From Glaucostegus cemiculus (Eukaryota): a stretch of 64,000 nucleotides of DNA. Within the stretch, counting starts at the first letter, position 1. The number at the start of each line of letters is the position of its first letter. Under the pieces are notes generated by a model that saw nothing but the letters and a program-made list of their open reading frames with translations, ran no database searches and was not told the DNA's origin. Made by a program: the position numbers and the translations under genes. Where the stretch lies: positions 11,966,001-12,030,000 of the forward strand of contig CDPCPM010000011.1 in assembly GCA_976551045.1 (NCBI GenBank), given 5' to 3'. This document shows, piece after piece, positions 1 through 13,830 of the stretch.

Positions 1-119
1 TAGTAGCCAGACCATTTTCTTGAATTTAACAAATTCCACATTGAGTGGCTGGGAACACGTTGCATTATTTGGGATGCACATATCATTGCACCATGGTTCA
101 GTAATGGATATTTAATCAA

Positions 120-260
120 GTTTCCTCTGGGTGCTCCGGTTTCCTCCTATATTCTAAAGACGTACGGGTAGGGGGTTTAAAATAGGCGGCGTGGTCTTGT
201 TGGGCCGAAAGGGCCTGTTACCACACTGTAAATAAAATTTTTTAAATTTTTTTAAAAAAT
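120..260 (+). mobile_element. V-SINE/HE1-like SINE fragment (V-domain plus CR1-type 3' tail)
   Basis: GTTTCCTCTGGGTGCTCCGGTTTCCTCC...AAAGAC matches the V-SINE core. It is followed by TGGGCCGAAAGGGCCTGTT (LINE-shared tail) and an A/T-rich end. Confidence 0.75.
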
Positions 261-2799
261 GAGCAATAATGAAAAATATGATGTTATTATTTTATAGATT
301 GCAGCAGATAAAACAATTTTTATAGTAGGCTCAATCATTTTGATAAGAATGCAACAGCTGTTCTATTTTTTTTCATTTCAGTTCCTGCAGGTTTGGTATC
401 CTGGGTGTTGCAATTTCCACATGAAACTGGAGTTTTGGAAGTCACTGGGCCCATGCAAAATCTTTGACATATGTAGACTGATTCAGTTACACCCTGGAAC
501 CTCTCGACTATTGTATCTCATGCTCAGAAAGGTGACAGAAAAATTGCAAGACAGTGAGAAGTTTAAACTCCGGCGAGACTGGATGTGTGTTGCAGTCGGA
601 CTTCAGGTTCTGGTGTTTTAACAAGAATATCTAAGATTATACTCTGCAACAATTCCATTGCTTGGTTGACATCGCCATGGAGAAGCAAGCAATTAAAGCA
701 GAATGTTGCCATTTACACAATGCACAAGTGTTGCCACTTATCAGAAGCCATCTTGGAGTGCATACATGGCACACTGAAATAAGGCATGAAGGAATATGTT
801 AAGAGACTGTACTATTTTCAGTGCACAATAATTTGTACCCAGTAATGAATGAAAGTGCAAATAAATCATAAAACAAATAATACAATTATACTACCAACAG
901 AAATTAGTAAAACCACAGAATTTAAAGTCTTCTCATCTGTAGCTGATTAAAATGTTCTCCACTGTATTCTTTAGAAAAGAGAACTATATATTTACATTTG
1001 TCAGGTACTTAAGAACTGTTGCTGCTATGCAATTAGAAGGAACTAATTATCTGCATGGGTTGCAAATGGTTTAAACTTCAACAGCAATACTTCACAGGGA
1101 GAATATCAATCTTCCCTGAAGTTACTTTATCACCAAAGAATCTTCATGGGAAGAAGCCCTCAAGGTGTCAAGACCATTACAACTTTATAGTCAATGTTGA
1201 CATTTTCTGGTCAAATAAAAGGAGTTATTTATGCCAGGACTGTGCCTCTTGATGAATAGATGAGTCACTGGTGCATTAAGAGTTAATAATTGATGGAAGT
1301 AGATTGGTGCTGGCTGCTTCCTTTGCCCTTGGTGTTTCTTTCTCTCCCCCTTTAGTTTTGTGAATAAACATCAGTGCTGGGCTCCATATTGTTAACATAA
1401 GTGCCCAACATCCAAATTAGAAACCCATAAAATCTTCCTTGTTTGGTCCAAAACAAGAAGGGTTTTATTGCTATGAATGAGCCCTACAGATCAACTGACT
1501 TCTTTCGATACAGCTGACTTCAGCTACAGGGGAAAGCAAACCTTAATAAGGAGGAAGAAATATGCAAAGAGGTTTGACGAGAAGGGCTGTCTGAATGGTC
1601 ATGAACAATAATTCACGGTACACCATGTGTTGAAGGCTTTCCTCCGACATGGGTGTTTGACATGAAGTTCCTGTTGGACTGAATCACTTTTGTTTCCGTC
1701 TTCAGCGGGAGATTCCTATCTCGCTCAGCCATGTTTTCCCAACTGTTGTGTCCACATTCAGTGGTGGCCAGCAGGTGCCAGGCCACCCCAGTAGCCTTAG
1801 CCCTCCCCTCTCCCCATGTCCCCCTCACAATTAGTCTCTGTAATTCAGAATGAAAACAATCCACTGCCTCTCAGTGCAAGATGAAAGGAGTTTGTGCAGC
1901 AGAAGTAATTTCACTGCTGTGAAGAGGCCACTCCAGGCATTGTGTCCAGTTAAGGAGTTGGAACGGGATTGGCTGGAAGGGGTTCCCATGTGATTCTGCA
2001 GCTACCCACTGTTTTTTATGGTTCTTAGGTAGAGACTGTTGGGATAATGATCACAAAGAATACAGGAGAGAAAGTAATCTTTTAATGTACAGAGGAAAGT
2101 GTTTTATTTATACAACACCAGTCCCTCCATTGCCCTCAGACTTAATTGCACTCAGTGGTAAGTGCTCTTCATGCTGAACATTTTCTAAGGCAATACATTG
2201 TCCTTTGCCTCACAGTGGCCTAATTACATACAACTTTAAACAAGTGCATTTTATGGTTTGCGATCACAGCTCTTAGGCCAGTATTAACTTGATACACTGA
2301 GCAAACCACTCAAGTTTACACACAGGGCATAAAGTTAGTCACATTGCAGAGCTGTGCTGAAATAAAAAAAATAATGGTGAAAGGAGAGAATATTTCTCAT
2401 TTAGATTTCAAGTCTGTAATTTTACAAATATAGAAGTTAATTTCATTTAGAGAGAGAAAGCTATGCAGAAGTCAGAATATTTTATAAACTACAGAACATC
2501 TATACATATCTATAATATATAAAACAAAGGCAATGAAACACAGTCAGTCCAGATTCACATTCTACAAGTGAACCTATGTGTAATCAGTATCAAATCTCGG
2601 CATAAAAGTTTTCAAATGATTCTGTTCTGGTTAAGCCCTCAATTTACATTTAGAATGGTGAAGTTTATTCTCTCAATCAAAGCTCCAGAGCAAGAGATCA
2701 ATTAAGTTATAACTAGATCCCTGTGCCTCCAACAACCTATCAGAACAGGTAGTGTGTTGACATGCTGCACCACACAGTGTTTTTTAGATAAGTGTAATC

Positions 2800-3172
2800 T
2801 GACATTGTTTTCAATGGAGCAGAGGAGGGGAACCTGATAGAGGCCCACAAAGTTATGAGAGGGATAGATAGGTAGATAATAAGAAACTTTTCCCCAGGGC
2901 ATAGGTTTAAGGTGAAGAGTAAGAGGGTTAGAGAATCTCAGGAAGACATTTTTTTCACCCAGAGAGTGGTTGCAAACTCGAATACACTGCCTGAGAAGTT
3001 GGTGGAGGCAGGTACTATCACAACATTTAAGAAGTATCTAGATGATCACATGAATTGCCAAGGCACATGGAACAAATGCTGGTAAGTGAGATTAGTATCG
3101 ATATGTACTTGATGGTTAGAATGGATGTGGTGAGTTGAAGGGCCCATTTCTGTGCTATGTGACTCTGTGACT
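2800..3172 (+). mobile_element. CR1/HER1-like LINE, 5'-truncated 3' end, degraded
   Basis: CTGATAGAGG...TATGAGAGGGATAGATAGG, TTCACCCAGAGAGTGGT, and a GAAGGGCCCATTTCTGTGCTATGTGACTCTGTGACT tail. Aligns by eye with 30130-30538 and the reverse complement of 53815-54280. Confidence 0.8.
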
Positions 3173-4877
3173 TCATTAAACCTGCTTGGCCTTAAAATCA
3201 ATTGGAGTGGAGCATTTGGCAATCGAGCAACTAAGATAAAATGAAGTTTAGTTACTTTGTTCCTCAAACTACAGGATATTAGCCTGACCTTTCCCAGAAT
3301 GCTGCCAGTCCTGTTCATTACAAAATCTGAAAGGTAAGGCCGTGAGGTATATTGGTCAAGGGCCGGCAGACCAGGGGGACATCTGGGTCAAAGAAATCAA
3401 TCATTTAAAAAAAGTATTTAGTGTTGGATGTATACAAAAGGCTGAGCAAGATAAACAAAAAAAAAGACTGATACAATCAATTTTCTCACCCAAAAAGATC
3501 CTTCATCTTATCTTTTGACTGTGAGCTATTAATCATATAAACTTTGCAAGTCAATGGAAAACCATGCCAATTTGGATGTATGATTCGATTGCAACTTTAG
3601 CACAATGTAGATTTTTCCAATGTTCTGACTTATTGTATGAATCAGTTCTCAAGTATCCACACTCTCAGTTTACAAGCAGCATGCCAACAGCTACGATTTT
3701 GTCTCAGTTCAAATTGTTAATATGAATAAACTGTTATCTTGATAGAAAAATAAGATTAAAAAGGTGAAATAAATGGATGATGATTTAAGTCACAGACTAA
3801 AACAGATAGCCAATATAAAACTTCCAATTGCCTTGATCCCTGTAATTCCCTTGATAGCTAAAGCATAAATTAAATAGCATTATGCTTGAAAAACTTACTG
3901 TAACACTACCTTTTCCAAAGAACAATTTCAGCAGTTTATTTGTAAAAATTAAAAATAGTTAACCAGTCATCTTTGTGTGTCAAAATAGGTTTAGAATGGA
4001 GCCATCAATCTTACCAAAAAAATTAATAAAGGGTCAAGTAACTATTTAAAAAAAAACTACTTTCTAGATGGCTCACTAGAAATGTAAATTGCCATGTTAT
4101 TTTTTTATGTCACAGAAGAACAATATTATGAGGTAATTTTCACCTTACAGTGTAAAAGCACAAAAACCGCTGAAATCTTAAACTGAGAAAATGTAACATA
4201 TGCGACAACTATTTCAGGATGAAGGGTGATCACAATGATACATGAAATGTTATCATCTGTGTTCATTGCATGGCACAAAGTGAACATGAAGGCAAATACA
4301 ATACTTTTGGGAATCCATAGGCCAGCATAAAGTACCATTCTGGGTAATAGATTTACTGATACTGTACAAACTCCAAATGTTTGAAAACTTTATAGTGACT
4401 TATCGGGGGATAATCAGGAAAATTGCATTGAACAAATTAGAAATAACAGCACTAAACACCTATTAGGTCATACATGTACAGATAGTGTGTAACCTCATGT
4501 ATTCAGTTACACAAATATTTTTCTGGTATTAACACAAGCTTGTAGAGTGCCACACTAGTTTCTTTCCTGTCAACAAAGTGGTCGTCATTGGTAATGTTCT
4601 TGATTGACAATCACTTTATCATCTGTTAAGATTGATCTTGAAGGTTTTGAGAGACTCCCTGTTACTTGTTATACCCATTGGTTCACTTCTCTTCCTTTAG
4701 AATATAACTATATTAATACAGTGATTGTCAACTATATGCATGAAAGTTCTGAGTAAAATACAAATCATGACTGGTGTAGTTGACTGATTCCTTAAATTTA
4801 ATCTAATCCATGAAACAAATATTAGTATTGTTCTGTCCAGGTAGTTGAGTGAAAGAAATCTTATACGTGGACTACTG

Positions 4878-4918
4878 CAAAAGTACATGTGATAGTACAT
4901 ATATCACATGTACTTTTG
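4878..4918. repeat. Perfect 17-bp inverted repeat with 7-nt spacer
   Basis: CAAAAGTACATGTGATA (4878-4894) / TATCACATGTACTTTTG (4902-4918). Confidence 0.95.
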
Positions 4919-4929
4919 TGATATATAGA

Positions 4930-4986
4930 AGTTATAATGAGAATGATAAAATTATTCAGTTATAATGAGAATGATAAAATTATTCA
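4930..4986. repeat. Perfect tandem duplication, 28-bp unit x2
   Basis: AGTTATAATGAGAATGATAAAATTATTC at 4930-4957 and 4958-4985. Confidence 0.95.
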
Positions 4987-7900
4987 ACAATGCAAGTAGC
5001 TATGAAAACTCCACTTATAAGCTATTAAGTGTATTACAAATTCGACATAAAGCAAATTAACAGGGAAATAATTATTACATCCAGTCTCTATCAGTGCATT
5101 TACATAAGGGTATTCAAAACCCTTAAGAGATTCTGTATTGATCCATGTGAAATACTGCAGCTGCCTGAAGCAAATTTGCCTGATTTCACATAAAATGCAA
5201 GTTTTGCATACTTTCCAAAATCTCACTGAAAGTGCAGGCAGTGACCAGTTAGTTGTGATGCCCTTCTGTCATATTAATGCACTGGAATGGTGGAAAATCT
5301 TTCTGAATAATATGCTAAGTTGTCTGAGTGAAAGAACGTGGTATAGCTTTTAATATTAACATTCCCTCTGCTATATAGCAAATCCACCACAATTAATGAT
5401 TCTGTCTCATTAAAACCATTTTACATTCTTGAACTGTTGGTCCTTCTCTTATCTATGATTTTAAAACTGGTTCATGTCCTGTCGGTTACTCTCCTCCTCA
5501 TTGTTTCAGGCAGACTAATTAATAATAACTTCAAAACCTCATTTCTTGTAAAGCAAACACCAGGCTCACCCTGGTACAGATACTTTATATACAACTAATT
5601 ACCCCAGAAATATCTAGGCTTTTTGCTGTAATTAGTGAGTAATCTCAGAGGCTATACAATCACTCAAATGTTAAGATATAAATTGAAACTGCATTTCAAC
5701 TTTGTTCAAAATGCTGTACATCCCATGATGGACCTCATGAGATTGCTCAGTAGTGTCAGTGGATGTTTTCCTATAACTTGCATTATCTGAGGATAAGTAC
5801 TGGATTTAATATTTAAAAATATGGTCAATAAAAATTCACATCAATGGAAAACTACAGTGGGATAAATAAATCAATATTTGTTGTGCAAAAGAACTTGTTT
5901 GTCAAAGGCACTGTGTCAACAAACTAAAAAAACTGTCATCAAACATACAGGTAGTTCGTCATGGAAAAGTCTTTTATTCACTTGTGTTTTTCAATTTACA
6001 AACTTTTTTTTTATTAATGTGCCTTCTATAATTTCCTTGACAACAGTTACACAGAGATCTTACTCTACCACAAGTACTGGTTCCTAAATACAAATAATTT
6101 ATTTAGTATATAATTGCACCCTGTGTTTCAGCAACACACTAGACCTGCCACAATGGGAACAACAATACAAATAGAAGATTGTACTACTTTGCTGTTCTAT
6201 TTCATAGGAGATCTTCTCTAATGCCTGTTAACTCAAATTGAAAGAAAATGCTTGAGGCATAAATAATATGCCATTATTTTAAAAGTATATAGTCAAATGT
6301 AATTATATCTACAAATCCTTGTTGAAACTTCAGTATATAAGGATATTAGGTTCCACAAAATGAGTTTCCATGCCTGCAAAGTTGGCACACAGCTCTAGCA
6401 AAAAGAGAAATTGAAATCTAACTAAACTAATCTTTTTAGTTACTTGAAGTGCTGATGAATCACATCACTGTTTTACTGAAATACAAGGAAATTAATATTC
6501 CAACGGAAGACACCAATACTTTCAGGCTTCTAAGAAATTGAACACAAATCCTTATTTGCTTCAATCAGCACAAAACTGAACCGGCAAAGTTAAATTTTGA
6601 TCAAGCACTCTGGCCCTTTCTTTTTTAATGAGGTTAATTTTATTCTGCACAAAGGAACACATTGAAATTTGAAATATGTTACTTTTCTTTTTCTCAAAGC
6701 ACTAAACAAGCTGTTCAGCCCAAGGAGATCAGGAGTCATACTGATGCAATGTCCTTTTTCGAGCAATTGCTTGTATGTTGTACATATATATCGTCATTGA
6801 AAGACTTGGTATATACACATACATCTATTATTGGCAGGGCGTAAATCCCTCAGGAGTGGACTCGTATGCGGCTCATCAGCAATAAGAATGGCATTAATTT
6901 GCAAGTAACCCTACAAGCCGGAATATTTACCCACTGGATTCCAATCCGGTGATGGCAGCTGATCCTACTAATTAAGCATGCCTCCACCACCCCCGACTCC
7001 CCAACCATCGCCTCCCCCGCCCCACCACCACACCCTCTTCATGCTTCCTGTGCTCCATATGCTAAGTGACAGCCGCGGCTATGCTTCACCAATGACGGCC
7101 GCACCAGCCTCCTCCCTGCGTTCACTGCTCTCAGATTCTCCTGAGAAAACTGTCGCACTAAGTGGACCGAGATCGTGGAGGGTAACTTCCACGGGGGCTG
7201 CTGAAATGTTACTAAAAAATGTTATTCTGTCAATCTTTACTTGCCACCGAGAATGATGTTTGGGTACCAAATTAAAATATCAGTTCAAGCTAACGCCTTG
7301 CCAGGACAAAGTCTCTCTATGTTTGTATTTATTCATCAATTTTAGATCTCTTTGAGAGAGACTGTTGACGCCAAAGTACTCCTCCTTTCAAACGTGAATG
7401 GGAGCAAGGGTTAAATATTTTACCGAGGGGATCACTGACTGCAACCGTTTTCCACTGGGTTTAAGCCAGGCGAAGTTTCTGGGTACAGCCAGTGATTCAA
7501 ATTTATTGGAAGTTGCTCAACTTTTCTAAAACTTAACTTTTTGAAACTCACCCGCGAGGAGGCAGTTTCATGTCACTGAATGGGATATCTCAGGATGGTC
7601 CGGACCATTTCTCCTCCCACAGCTGATGAGATGGCGAGGGGAAGGTGGACACGGATTCTCGACTGGGGCTAGTTTGGAAATGAAGGGAAATGCCATTGCG
7701 ATTAAACGGCCTCGTCGATTTGCAGATCTCCTTACTACACAGTAGGAACCCATTCACTATTGAATACATATGGCAGCTCTCAGCTATCCCATTTCCCATT
7801 GAACATATTCTCCCATATCGGACATCTCAATACGAGTAAAGATCTTGTGCTAATTCAGTGATTTGGATTGTTTTGGGGGCAAAGGTGTTCAAATCCTTAG

Positions 7901-10900
7901 AATCCTGGTGTGGAACATTCATTTCATCGTATTTTAATAGCGTGGCGAGACAGAGATACGATTTACGTGCAATTTAAGTGACTAGAAAGGTTTGTGTATT
8001 TAACTTTCAAGAGCTCTACAGGTGAGGCAGTAAAAACTCGATCCTCCGGGATGGAGTGAAGTTTAGTTTTTTTTCCTCTCGAGTTCTTATCGGCTGAGAA
8101 GGGTCAACACTTGTTGATTGTGAAAGAACAACCCTTCAGAAGCCGCGGCGGCCTGATGGTGGCAGCACCGGCACGGAATGAAGCGGCCATCTGTCCGGAC
8201 AACTCACAGGACACCGCCAGGGAGCTGCCTCGCCACCCGCCGTCTGAACGCAGGCTATTTTTACTACTGGAGAGGGAGGAGGCTTAAACCCGCAACCTTC
8301 CCCCTCCCTACCCCAACAAACCTTCAAAAACACAGAAATGTTCATGGCAAACTTACAGCCAGTTGCGAATTTCAATAAAAATGTTCTGATTTTAGAAATC
8401 CCTACTTAGAAAGTCCCTATCCAATTAATATCTAGGGGAAAATGTCGATGATTTACTCTAAATGGCAACTGAACGTTATCAGAGCAACAAAAGACAATAT
8501 CCGTCTATTTCAAAAGACTAATGAGTATCAAGGACCCTTGAATAAACTCTTAAATCTGCTGAACTGCAATTAGTTGCTCTTCAGGTCAAAGGCCCGTCAG
8601 ATCCGTGATCAAGATCCAATTTAAAAAGAAACAATGCTATTCCAAATCGACACATTTAGCAAAGTTTCCCCACTGATTCCCTAAATTGCTATTCATCGCT
8701 GTTGAGAAATGAGACCGGGGCTAAACCATCACATAATGCTGATTAGCAGCCCCCAGACCCCGTTATAATTAGCTGGCGTTTACTGTTGGGCCGGATTACA
8801 ATTATCTTCCATCTAAACAGCCGACTATTCCCTGGCAGATGGACTCTTGTTTATTTATTTTGCCACCTCCATGCCGAGTCTTGGAGAGGAGGGGGTTGCG
8901 GTGAGGGAAGTTGGGGTGGGTGGAAACAACTGTTCCATGTTGTGACAGTAAACAGAAACAAACTCTTAAAAACTCGACCCGAAGTCCCAAACACTCCGTC
9001 AGTCCATATGGCGACTGGTGCCGAACCGCTTTTTTTAAAGAAACGTTATCTTCGTCAACCTGGGCGGATACCTGATCGTAGACAGTGAAGGGGAAAGACC
9101 AGGATCTACATATAATCGTGCTTTGGGCTGTGTTGAACTGTAATTAAGCCAAATATGAAAGTCGTCTGAAAATTAATCGGAACATTTGTATACTTTCATT
9201 GGGTAAAATGAGAAGTAATTAGAATTTGAATTAAAATTTCTTGCCAGATAACTCGAAAATCATTCGATATTTTTGAACTTCTTATCAGGACCTCATTCCC
9301 TTCTATTACGAGAAAATGGGAAAGATCTTTGTTCAACTTCTAAACTTGTCCAACTTATTAAGGGACTGTCAGCTCCCCTTCGTGAATCTGGGAGTTTTCC
9401 ATGCAGTGGTATGGCTGGTAATTACGAGGACCCCAACATGTGAGACACTTCACCAGGACTCTCTCACAGCAGACAGTTTCAGACAAAAGTTGCTGATAAG
9501 CCGGGAGAAGGATACAAACATTTGGGCATTTGTTTTATTTTCCTTTTGTTGTTGTTTAATGTTGATTTACATTCCACTCAATCCAAGTCAACAAACGAAC
9601 TGGCCACGACGCAGTCTGGGACAAGCGCAGAAATCAACAGAAAGCGGGGTTTCCGCCACGGAAATAATCGGCGGGGAAATTCTGCAAATTGACTTAGCTT
9701 CCCTCTTCCACTGCTCACAATCCAGAAGGAATGGGAATCTATTCCCAGACAACATACCCCACAGTTTCCATGATCCAACGTGATCTAACACTTTTAGTCA
9801 CAAATATGGAAGTTCCTTAAATATTGTACCACTCCAATGTAACTACCAAAAAAAAGACACGCATTGTCACCATTTAAATATTGTAATGCATTGAAAATAT
9901 TGTAATGTTTTGAAAAGAAAAGTAATGGTTGAAATCGCCATCCGAACAAGTTTCCACTTTACCACTTGCAGCTGGGGTTGGGATTTTATGGATTCAGGTT
10001 TTTCCCTCCACTTTAAGGAACAATAAGTATTTACGTCCATGGTTACGTTTTCCCTGACGATTTTTAAAATCTTTGTCTTCGGGCCAATTAAGCAAATAAT
10101 CCATAAATCTCAATATTAACAAAACAAATCGTATTTTAACGACTTCTAAATTATACAATTCATTATAACTTTCTGGTAGGATGCACTTCACGGGAGAACA
10201 ATGATTGCAAACAATGATTATGAAATGCTTGACATATTTAGTGCACTGTTCTCAAAAGCGGGGGACATTAAAACAAGAAACTTTCTCCAGCTATGTCTTT
10301 CAAGCACAGTGGTGTTCCATCATATACAAAACTTTACATCAAAGCCTTCCCCCCGAGGCTAGCTGGATGTTGGGAGACAGAGGACAATTAGATGTATGTG
10401 TGTGTGTGTAAAGAGATCATAATAAGACCCCCATCGGATTCGGGAGATCGCGCCAGCTCTGATGTGACACCTTGTTTCTTATTTCAATTGAAATAAATCT
10501 TTCAGAATGAATGAACAACAAATGGAATGAAGCGTTTCGCCATCAAGTCGAATTAAATCAACACTCTCCAAAATCTTGAAAACGACTACGAGGCCGACAT
10601 TGTGATTTTATTTTTAAATTGTGCGGACTCTCTCTTTCTCTTTGTTGGGATGACTCACGCATGGAAGAAAAGTGGAACTCTTCACAATTGGTTCACCTCG
10701 CGTCGCTTTCACCAGCAGCCCTCACCGTGAACATGTGTAAAAAAAATCTACAAAACACGAATGTTCCAAAAAGGAAAGGAACTTTGTTTTGAAAGGATTC
10801 GTACAATTTTACATTTAGAACATCGGCCAGGCGACACAGTCGCGGGGTTTAAAGACGCGGTAAAGCGGATTAAAGCAACAAATCTTCAGAGAAGATAAGG

Positions 10901-12856
10901 CAATTTTCAGTAATTGTTGTCAATCATCAGATCACTAGAATTCATTAGTGGAACCACCTCTAAAATCTTGTGTTTGAGCATTGTAATTTGAACAAATGGG
11001 GGCAAAACTAGCTCCACCAGTTAGTTTCTTAACTCTAGCTGAGTCTCACTTTCTACTAAGGCTGGGTTCTGAAAAAAATATCTTGGGACAGGACACGAAT
11101 GGGTGCGTTTTAAATGGGCAAATTAGACGGGAGATCAGACTTATCAGGTGAGGCGAAGCGGCCGGTTGTCATTATGTGTCGGAACATGTGTTTAAAATCA
11201 GAGAGCGGCCACAAGTTATACAAACATTCTGATCTCCCAGTAACTGGCGGGGGACGGAACATCTCGGAGAGCAAATTGGTTATGGGAAGATTTTTTTTAA
11301 CCCTCTGTCCTTGGAGGGATGGAAATGAAGGCTCGCTTCCAGAATGTATTCACAGGAACCTTCAGCTGGCAGAGAGAACAGCAGGTTTCACCAGAAAGAG
11401 GGAAATCTCTTGTTTCCCTGCATCCCGATTTATTCCCAGAGCTTGTGTTACTGAGACGTTTCCTGACTTGATGGATCTAAGCTAAAAGGCTGCTGGGTTT
11501 CACCTTTTGAACTGACACAATATCCCCTGTTCCTGGGCCACTATGGAGCTCTATAAAAATAAAAGCACACTGCCCTCAGCTCCCTACAGTTTTAACCTAA
11601 TGAGTCTTGCACCATAATTTATTTTAATGATCTTTCTTTCTTAACACCCCCCCCCCCAACTACACACACACAGACACATATACACACACACACAGTATCA
11701 CTCAGTTCATGCTGAGTACTAGGAGGGCGATTTTAGAGAGCGGTGGGAAATATCGGTTGAATCCCCGTCCGAAGTTCACAATACAACAGTTGTTCTTAAA
11801 GAAACTTCATTATGTGAGATAGGATGGACGATCATGTACTCAATCATGTTTATTAAACTGCAGTCAATTCCACCGTAAGAGCGCATTTGCTCCTTGATTG
11901 TAATAAAGAGTTTGACGTACAAATTAAATATTTCTCCAACACAGCCTGGTGTAGCTCGAGAAATTCCCCCTTCGCGTGTGACAATATCCATACTAACTTT
12001 ATAATTTCGTCTCTTGGTTGACAGGCGATAAATAGCAATTAAAACTGGTTGCCGAACTGCACAAGTTTTTTTTTTAAAGAACTGCATATCGTTCAAACTT
12101 CTGAAAATGAGCAAGGGCAGACACTGTGCGCATACATGCTTTATTTTAGACATATGCACAGACAAATACAGACTGCGTTACACAAGACAAAGGTTACCCT
12201 GACGCTTATTCCAACCAGCAAACACAAACTTCTCTTCAGAGGAGATATAAAAATGACATGCATCATAAATCCCCTGTAGGAGTGTGTGAACATTAAAATC
12301 CAGGTTTATTACAACCAGAAGTAGAGTGCATTAAAACTGCCCAACACAAAGTAGAATCTGGCATTAAAACCTGCCTGGCTCAGACGTTTGAATATGTTTT
12401 ACTCGGGCTGGGTTTTGTAACTCTCTGCCCGATAGTATCACCAGAGGGAGAAAAATGGAGTTCGGTTTTCCAAAGAAGATGCAGATTGTTGGAACTGTGC
12501 AACAAACACGTCGGGCGTGGATGGCTGCCTTCATGTGTCAATCACAGCTAACAACATCCGCAGAAGTGTTTCAGTTTGAATTAACACGTTCACAACGGAT
12601 TCAACCCGCTTTTACTCCCCGGGTAGTTGCCTCCCGCCCTTGTAGCGTTCACTGCCGGTGCCCACATCTCGGGCGCTGGTGGCGCCGCCAACGCCCGCCG
12701 GTCTCTCAGGAGCTGACGGGCAATCGGCTGGCAAGAGGCTTTCACCCACTGACCCCCCTCCTCATCCAACACCCCCCCCCCCCCCAAACACACCCGCGAA
12801 GCTGGGATCATCCCGTGCTCGGCCTCGCCCACAAGTATCCCCGCGACTATCACTTA

Positions 12857-13471
<615 letters not shown>

Positions 13472-13659
13472 TCATCTACGAGAGCAGCGTATGAGCACTG
13501 GATACAACCGGCGTCATCAAACTGTTGACTGCGGCCACATAGTTGGACGAGCAGCCGCTGGGTAATGAGATAATCGTCCGTCCCCTCGTATCCTCCGCTC
13601 GCTTCGAGCTGATTCTCCCTCTAATTCCCAAGCTCAATATTACTCGCCGTGCGCTTGGT

Positions 13660-13830
13660 GGCGTGACATCGGGTGATTGACACCGCCGGCAGCCAGACAG
13701 GAGCGGTCTTACGCGCTAATTAGCCGGCAACGGCGCAGGCCTGCCTCCAATCAGAGCAGGCTGAGGCTCGCCGCGCCCACAGCCCGCCCCTCGGCGGCCG
13801 GGGCGCTTTCCCATTGGCTCGCAGGCCATT
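13660..13830 (-). promoter_or_regulatory. Probable TATA-less proximal promoter of HS3ST3B1
   Basis: CCAATCAG (~13747), CCATTGGCT (~13811), GC box CCCGCCCC (~13783) and a Pbx/Meis-like TGATTGACA (~13674), all upstream of the ATG on the minus strand. The TSS is not determinable from sequence. Confidence 0.6.

Noticed and set aside
8885-8925. G-quadruplex-like G-runs (also C-runs at ~6990-7025 and 12772-12785)
   Set aside because: Common in GC-rich first introns; nothing distinguishing without experimental data.
12590-12853. 87-aa minus-strand ORF after exon 1
   Set aside because: It lies in intron 1 beyond the GTAAGT donor and runs through a poly-G tract.
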